From Flaccisagitta enflata (taxonomy: Eukaryota), in NCBI GenBank assembly GCA_965153355.1, contig OZ231126.1:49972001-50000000 (forward strand): a stretch of DNA of 28,000 nt. Reading direction: 5' to 3'. The position numbers were made by a program, and so were the translations under genes. The notes under the pieces are model-generated. The model was not told where the DNA came from. It searched no databases and saw only the letters and a program-made list of their open reading frames with translations. The first letter of the stretch is position 1; each line of letters starts with the position of its first letter. Below are positions 19,995 to 28,000 of this stretch, piece by piece.

Positions 19995-21210
19995 GCTCAA
20001 AAGTTGCTGCAGTGACTTCAAACTTAGCAAGAACAAGCTGCAAGTAAGTATATATAAGATAACAAAGCAAAAATAGATTTTTTACGGTTTTTTGTTCGGA
20101 TGTATTCAGTAAAATACTTTGTAAACAATCTTTTTTGCCATTTTTTCTACAATACTCCTACAAAAATGGATACAGTGTCCTCAAAATTCATGTGGAATTC
20201 TCCCTAATGAATGTCTACATGTATGACAATCAACGAGATATTTTTCACTTTGCTGAATATGAATTTATACAGTAAAATACTGTAAAAACGATTTTTTTTT
20301 TTGCCATTTTTTCATTTCTTTTTCGAAAGTGTCTTCAAAATTGACTTGGGATAGCCCCAAGTGAAACCCTTCATGCATACTAGGCAAAAGATGGTTTTTC
20401 TTTTGAATAAGAAGGAAATTTTACCGTAAAATACCGTACAAATCACTGTATCCATTTTTGTTGTAGTATCTTAGAAAATAGGGCAAAAAAGTAGTTGGGC
20501 AGCGGCCCCAAAGGGGCCGATGACCTATGCTTTCACATATGCAGAAAATTCTCCTCCTCCTCCTTTTCCTTCTCCTCCTTCTTTGTACCCCCCCCCAGCT
20601 TCGCGGCCCAAATTCTGGCTTTGAGGCCCATATTCCACCCTAGAGATCCAAATTCTAACCTTGAGGCCCAAATTCTAGCCTTGAGGCCCAAATTCTAGCC
20701 CAGAAGCCCAAAATCTAGCCCTGAGCCCCAAATTCTAGCTGTGAGGCTCATGTTCCACCCCAGATTCTAAATTCTAACCTTGATTCCAAATTCTAACCTT
20801 GAGGCCCAAATCTCAGCCTCGTGGCTTAAATCCCAGCCTCGAGGCTCAAATCCTAGCCTTGAGGCTCAAATCCAAACCTCAAAGCCCCAATTCCTGCCTC
20901 GAAGCCATAATTCCAGACTCGAGGCTATAATTCCAGCTTCAAGGCTCAACTCCAAGCCTCAAGGCCCCAATTCCAGCCTTGAGGCCATAAGCCGATGCCC
21001 CTCTAACCACCTCACACCCACATACACTCACATAGGGGCAACGGGTACCGCTGACCATCTAACGCTTTTGCGACTATTTTTACAGTATTTTACTGTTCAC
21101 ATGCATACAAAAAAAGCGTCAAAAATCTTTCTTTGCTCTGTTAGCTCACAGATACTCACTAAAGGCTTGTCCTTGCCAGGTTTGAAGTCATTGCAGCGAT
21201 TATTGAGCTC
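19995..21210. mobile_element. Old foldback element, its right arm interrupted by a HINE
   Basis: Left arm ~19995-20178 is a diverged reverse complement of 20444-20496 joined to 21077-21210 (e.g. caaaaatggatacagtg / cactgtatccatttttg). Outer termini are not resolved. Confidence 0.7.
20497..21076 (+). mobile_element. HINE-like family 2 element with an internal ~21-bp minisatellite
   Basis: Inserted in a T-run without TSD. 5' GGGCAGCGGCCCC-AAA-GGGGCCG hairpin; internal (GAGGCCCAAATTCTAGCCTT)-type units ~20600-20990; 3' GGGCAACGG..CCGCTGACC inverted repeat and a small CGC-TTTT-GCG stem. Confidence 0.75.
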
Positions 21211-21220
21211 GTTTTTGTAA

Positions 21221-21320
21221 AACAAGGCCGGATACACGGCCAATAAGCAGTCGCTGACGGGTGGGCAGGGGCAGTTTGCAGATGGGCAGGGGCAGTCTTT
21301 CGGTGGGTAGGGGCTGTATT
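21221..21320 (-). mobile_element. 3' fragment of a HINE family 1-related element
   Basis: aacaaggccggatacacggccaataagcagtcgctgacgggtgggcaggggcag, similar to 421-480 and 17350-17400. Confidence 0.7.
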
Positions 21321-21338
21321 TTGGGTGGACAGGTACAC

Positions 21339-21677
21339 TAGGGTGACTGATAATATGGTCATATTTGAATCTGGTCTCCCTCGCGGGGGAAATGAGACCA
21401 TCTCCATCACAGATGATAACCCTAAAATCTGGTGGCAATCAAATGAAGTTTACTCATGGCCGCGACCCCCCCTCATTTCCCATAGAAAATATACAGGAAG
21501 GAATTTAGCCTCTGTAGCTTCCTATCTTTTATAATGGGAATGGGGTGGGGTTGCGGCCATGAGTAAACTTTGTCTGATCATCTCCAGATTTTAGAGTTAC
21601 CATCTATGATGGAAATGGTCACATTTCTCCCGCGAGGAAGACGAGATTCCAATTTGACCATATTTCAAGTCACCCTA
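21339..21677. mobile_element. hAT-type palindromic MITE
   Basis: Termini TAGGGTGACT / AGTCACCCTA, imperfect inverted repeat over nearly the whole element; perfect 8-bp TSD AGGTACAC (21331-21338, 21678-21685). Confidence 0.92.
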
Positions 21678-21814
21678 AGGTACACATCAAGCGTATCCAG
21701 TGACTACTTGAGCAATGAAAACATTTGTGGATTAATAATTAGTCCAATATTGATGCAAAAGAGGGGTGAAGCACTTCATTTTTTTGGCAGATTTGTCGTC
21801 TTATGTTATCCCTA

Positions 21815-22432
21815 CACGCCACGGGGGAGGCTTTCATAGGTCAAGAAAAATTCTCTGTCATAATGGAGAGTGGTTTGGGCCTCAGGAAGGTTTACTTTAT
21901 CACTTTATACCAAAACAAAAATTTTTTTACTTCAAAATTTTTTTAAAATGCCGTAAAATACCATAAAAAGCCGTAAAATTAGCATTTTGACAGTTTTTTT
22001 TGTTTGAAACCGCCGCTAAGGTAGAAAAATAGGCAAACAATGATTATCTGGCACTAAGACACATTCATGCATAAATACAGGCCAACCCGTCATCATTTAG
22101 TATCATTTTGTGCCATAAAATGCCGTAAAAAGCCGTAAAAATGGTACTTTTTAATGACGAGTTGGCATGTATTTATGCATGAATATGTTTTAGTGCCAGA
22201 TAATCATTGTTTGCCTATTTTTTGACCATTGTGGCGATTTTGGACCCAAAAGACTGTCAAAAATGCCAATTTTACGGCTTTATGGCATTTTACGGCATTT
22301 TAAAAAAATTTTTGAGGTAAAAAAATTTTCATTTTGGTATGAAGTGATAAAATAAACCTTCCTAAGGCTAAAACCACTCTCCATTATGACCGAGAATTTT
22401 TCTTGACCTATGAAGGCCTCCCCCGTGGCGTG
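21815..22432. mobile_element. Foldback MITE with CAC...GTG termini and 4-bp TSD (Chapaev/CMC-like)
   Basis: Inverted arms of roughly 290 bp starting CACGCCACGGGGGAGGC and ending GCCTCCCCCGTGGCGTG; TSD CCTA (21811-21814, 22433-22436). Superfamily is inferred from termini and TSD length only. Confidence 0.85.
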
Positions 22433-22589
22433 CCTAGTCTAAACCTTTCCTTACCCACATTCAGCTCAGTTTTGCAGCTACCAAATCAAATCTTTATTCT
22501 ATCCGCCTAATTTAATGATTATTTTCTTTAAAATCCTTACAAAACAAGTCTTAGCTTGTACTGACTATCCCATTAAACATAAAAACGTA

Positions 22590-22754
22590 GGAATGGGTAT
22601 TTCCGCTCTCCCTGGCCTCCGCCCTCCCTCCCATGAAAAAGGAGTGCGGGACGTTTGAGGGAGTGCTACAGAACAGAAATTAGCAACTTGTTCTATATAG
22701 GTAGGTTTCATGATAGGGAGCGCGGAGGCCAGGGAGAGCGGAAATACCTATTCC
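22590..22754. mobile_element. Short Mutator-like MITE
   Basis: ~50-bp TIRs GGAATGGGTATTTCCGCTCTCCCTGGCCTCCGC / GCGGAGGCCAGGGAGAGCGGAAATACCTATTCC; 9-bp TSD with one mismatch, AAAAACGTA / AAAAACGAA. Confidence 0.8.
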
Positions 22755-23013
22755 AAAAACGAAGTTTTTTTTATTGCATGCTCAGACAGATCTGTTTAAA
22801 ACACAACGATCAATTTTCACAGCATATCAATTCTCACTACTTTTTATATCGAAATGTATAAGAGTATGAATTTTCTATTTTTGTTTAATACTCTTTTTTG
22901 ACAATCATTGACAATTATTTCTTTGTTTGTATCTGTCCTCCGATTCTTACGCTTGCTAATTGTGTGAAATATCGTTTGTAATCGACAACTGAATTCGTTC
23001 ATTCAATTGTCGG

Positions 23014-23479
23014 TTTTCTGTCGCGTGCACGCGACTCTACACTTTACCGTGTCGGACGGTAGGTCGGTAGGTCGGTCGGTCTGTTACATTTTTGAAGTTA
23101 TGACTTTTTAAGGCTTTTTTAAAGTAATTTAAGGTACTCAAGGGTATTTCAGGGTACTTTAGGGTACTTTTGGGTACATAAGTTTTTCAAGGTACTTATT
23201 TTTGGGTGTTTTTGGGTATTTTTGGGTATTTTGGGTATATTGTCAACTTTTTATTGGACAGCCATTATATTGTTTTTTATTGGACAGACGTTATAAAGTT
23301 TTAGTATGTACTTATTTTGTATGAAGTATGACTTTTTAAGGTTTTTAAAGGTAATTTAAGGTACTCTAGGGTGTTTCAGGGTACTCTAGGGTACTTTTGG
23401 GTACTTTAGAGTTTTTCAAGGTACTTGGGGTGATTTAGGGTACTTTGTGTGTAACGAAGCACGCGACTGTTGGCCTGTT
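23014..23479 (+). mobile_element. HINE family 1 copy with internal 10-bp repeats (TAGGGTACTT-like) and an internal block duplication
   Basis: Starts ttttctgtcgcgtgcacgcgactctac, has a (GGTC/GGTA)n tract, and ends gcacgcgactgttggcctgtt. Block ~23093-23197 recurs at ~23322-23426. Confidence 0.8.
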
Positions 23480-23524
23480 GGGCTTTTTTTCCGTCTCCAT
23501 CTGTTTGTTTGTAACTTAATCTTA

Positions 23525-23635
<111 letters not shown>

Positions 23636-23897
23636 TCTTTCCCTCTTTCTCTCTTTCTCTCTTTCTCATCTCCCCGTGTTTTCTTTCACTTCCAAACATT
23701 AAATTCACGGCTCAGAGAGTTTTGTACAATCAAGTGAGAGACAGAAACGAATTTCATGATGCCGTCAAATCGATTTTTTTGTTTGACTACATCTCAGTTT
23801 GAATTCCCAACGGCTCAGTCGTATTTGTTTATAACTGTCACAATCGGTATCTAAAGAATTGAATCTTGATAGTTGTTTATTCAAATAACATTCATGA

Positions 23898-25113
<1,216 letters not shown>

Positions 25114-25414
25114 CACATTCTTATCTTCATCGTATTCCTTTCCTCCTACGCGACCTTCCCCCTTCCTTTAACGACCGAGAGAGCGGCAATGAAATAAGTT
25201 GTTGATCTGTTGTCATGATTGTTATCCTTTTCCACCCTTCGATTATGTGTTGGCGAACATCCTTACTCCCCTTCACAGTCCTTGATTCTCACATTCCTCT
25301 GGGGAGATTCCTCCCATAATCCTCCTCCGTCTTCTGCTTTCTTTGAATACTTTTTTTTTCCTTTACATTTTTTCTTTTCTCTTGTTCTCTCTGATGTTTG
25401 TTCTTTTCTTACTT

Positions 25415-25415
25415 C

Positions 25416-25511
<96 letters not shown>

Positions 25512-25533
25512 TCTTTCTTTCTTTCTTTCTTTT
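25415..25533. repeat. Compound (CTTT)n/(GCTT)n tetranucleotide repeat
   Basis: Direct observation. Confidence 1.
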
Positions 25534-26091
25534 TGACCACAACAAACAAGAATCCTAGAATGATAGGCTAATGGTCCTATTGTAGAAAGTGGAGTCTAGG
25601 TTGCTTGCTTGCAAGGAAAGCGATCAAAATCTTATTCTGTTTGTTCACTTTTTGTTTTTATTCTTATTTTTTTTTTATTTTCTTTTTCTTTTTTTTTTCT
25701 TTTATTTTTATTTTTTCTTTATCTTTATTTTTTTTTTTTATTTTTATTTTAATTCTTATTTTTTTTTTTTTTACTTTTTTTTTGCCGCAAAAAAAGTAAT
25801 TTGAGAAATTAGAAAGCTCAGAAAAATTGTGAGTAACAACCTTTATGAAAGCTCTTGGAGTGGATCCCAGGACCCAGGGTTTTGTCAGTTGTCTACCTCC
25901 ACCGGCCCTTCTCTCGCCCCTCCACCCCCCCCCCCTTCTATCTATTCAGCCAACTGTTCTTATTCTGCCCTCTTGTCTTCCTCTCTCAAACCTCGGCCCC
26001 GGCCGGATGGGGCGCTGGAAAGAAAAATGATTCGTGCCCAAAAGTGGAAAGATTAAATTGGTGGTCGCTCTCACCACGAGGAGTGCGTGGC

Positions 26092-26205
<114 letters not shown>

Positions 26206-26915
26206 AGAGAGAGAGAGAGAGAGTCTAACAGAAAGTCAGTGTCAGATAGACAGAAGATATAACAGAGAGGCAGAGACAGTAACAGAAACAGACAGAGACA
26301 GAGGGACAGAGACAGAGGGACAGAGAGACAGGAGGAAGGAAGGAATCAGAGACAGAGACGGCCAGACGGGAGCAGATGAGAGTAAAGAGGAAGAGTAAAA
26401 GAATAATGTACACCAAAAGTGAAACGAGCACGTGCTTGCAGACCGACCGGCAGACAAATCGACAGACGGACAGATGGAAGTCCAGACGTGGCCTCTCAAT
26501 GCCCCTTCATGCGGTCACGTCGACAAAATTAATAAGTGCGAATGAAAGCATAGATAGAGCGAGAGGAGAAAAAAGACAAATGAAATGTGGATAGACAGGC
26601 AGGGGGAAATAAGAGGATAGAATAAAAGATTTAAAAGGGATAAAGAGGCAACGATATTGTTTTTCGTTGATAGTCTTTAATTCTATCGAGCAGATGGATT
26701 TCCCCAAATTGAATTTTTCAAAATCATATTTGAAAAAAAAATCATTTATGAATTTTCATAAAACCCGCACATCATCAACTAGATTCTATCAAGTGAAATG
26801 TTTAGCATTTCTCAATTGCGTTTTTATTGATTCAACACTGATAAGTAATAGAAGGAGACGAGGAAGATAGGCACTCCATTTGGAGGGTAGATTGAGCCAC
26901 AACATCACATATCGC

Positions 26916-26945
26916 GTTATAGATTCGCGTGCACGCGACTAAAAG
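26916..26945 (-). mobile_element. Isolated HINE family 1 terminus
   Basis: gttatagattcgcgtgcacgcgactaaaa. Confidence 0.55.
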
Positions 26946-27429
26946 AGAAATAAAAGCATATTATAATTATTCTTCGGTTTCGCGCAATTTGAGTCATTTC
27001 GATCAGGTTATCTTTGTATTCAGAACGATTCCGTATGTGCGAAAGAATCAATCGAGTGTGGCATGGCACTGGTATTTCTATGTCACGGAGAGACCAAATG
27101 ACATCTCCAACCGAATGACCGACCAGCAAAATTTTGATCGGCACGACCGACGGAACAAAATGACATGGACATTCAGATCTTCCCTCAATTCGGCACACCT
27201 ACAATATCAGAGGATCTCGCTCCCCCAACAATCTTCATTCATGATGAATAAAGGGACATCTACATCATCTGCTGTTGGCCGTAGAATCAAATTTGCGGTT
27301 CGATTGTAGAATCATCTGCACAATCTAGTAATTGAAAATGATATGATTTTTATAATGTTTCCTCCAAAATGAAATTCATAATTAGCAAATCAACCGGATT
27401 GAATTTATAATCTACCTCTTGTTAATGAG

Positions 27430-27700
27430 TATGTCGGTCAGTCGGTGGGTCGATTGGTCGGTCGGTCAGTCGGTTGGTCTGTCCGTCAATCTGCGTTAGC
27501 TTTTTCGGCGTTACGGGCAGTTTTTGCATTATTGCTCCTGCCCAAATGCTTGGGTTAGCCTTTTTGGGCAGCGGACCCAAAGGGCCGATGTCCTGTAGGA
27601 CACAGGGGTGAATTTTCATACGTCCGTCCTTCCGTCCGTCCTTCCGTCCTTCCGTCCGTCCCCCCCCCCCTGAAGCTTTCCAAGCCTCAAATTCTCATCG
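27430..27700 (+). mobile_element. Degenerate family 1-like HINE (27430-27560) followed at a T-run by the 5' part of a family 2 element (from 27566)
   Basis: (GTCG)n tract, gcattattgctcctgccc, then tttttGGGCAGCGGACCCAAAGGGCCGATGTCC and (GTCC)n. Confidence 0.65.
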
Positions 27701-28000
27701 GATAACATGGGAAATCATGAGTGTTTCTTGCCTTCGGCGCCTTGGTTGGCCTTGGAATTCCAACATAAACAAACCAATAACCTGATAGATTCATTTTACT
27801 TCATACACATTTCATTCAACCAGACTAACAGAATTCAGAAAATCTGAACACTTTCGCGATCATTTTCCCTATCACTTGCAAGGAGAAATGTTGATATGAC
27901 GAAAATACTTGATTGTAACATAGTTTTAACTAAAAAACGTTACTCTTAGATTGCCGTAGGTATTGTGCCTTTTATCTGCGCGATTGCTTCCTATACTCAT

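Noticed and set aside
19854..20037. Open minus-strand segment with AG/GT ends, phase-compatible with candidate exon A (LVLAKFEVTAATFERA...YALPTM)
   Set aside because: It overlaps the left arm of the foldback element, mirrored at ~21165-21210, so it is probably transposon sequence. Exonisation cannot be excluded without RNA data.
26917..27309. Overlapping 126-aa (+) and 93-aa (-) ORFs in unique sequence, tested as TMTC exon 2 or as an upstream exon of the hidden gene
   Set aside because: No SHKSYRP or other recognisable motif in the frames I read, and no convincing acceptor-donor pair.

Overview
Eukaryotic (animal-like, invertebrate-type) genomic DNA, very rich in microsatellites, made of two contigs joined by a 10-N gap at 10303-10312. 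The one recognisable gene is a 3.08-kb minus-strand coding exon (6618-3538) of a TMTC-family protein O-mannosyltransferase, closest by motif to TMTC3. It has an unusual ~895-aa low-complexity N-terminal extension and a ~70-aa acidic insertion next to the conserved DD motif. Bases 1-~3306 recur as a near-identical inverted copy at 10313-13408, directly against the gap; this is most simply a mis-oriented or allelic contig overlap, which would make 13.4-28 kb part of the TMTC intron. That region holds a chain of small minus-strand exons (16952-13870) of an unrecognised beta-rich/Cys-rich protein with apparent single-base disruptions. It also holds many non-autonomous transposons: two Helentron-associated (HINE/DINE-1-like) families, some carrying internal 10- or 21-bp satellites, and MITEs with TIRs and TSDs of hAT-, Chapaev- and Mutator-like type. 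A further hAT-like MITE sits inside a (CAT)n tract at 9297-9622. No RNA genes, CRISPR or autonomous transposase were found, and most listed ORFs are microsatellite artefacts. I cannot support a wholly new biological system; the TMTC architecture and the hidden exon chain are the best leads.
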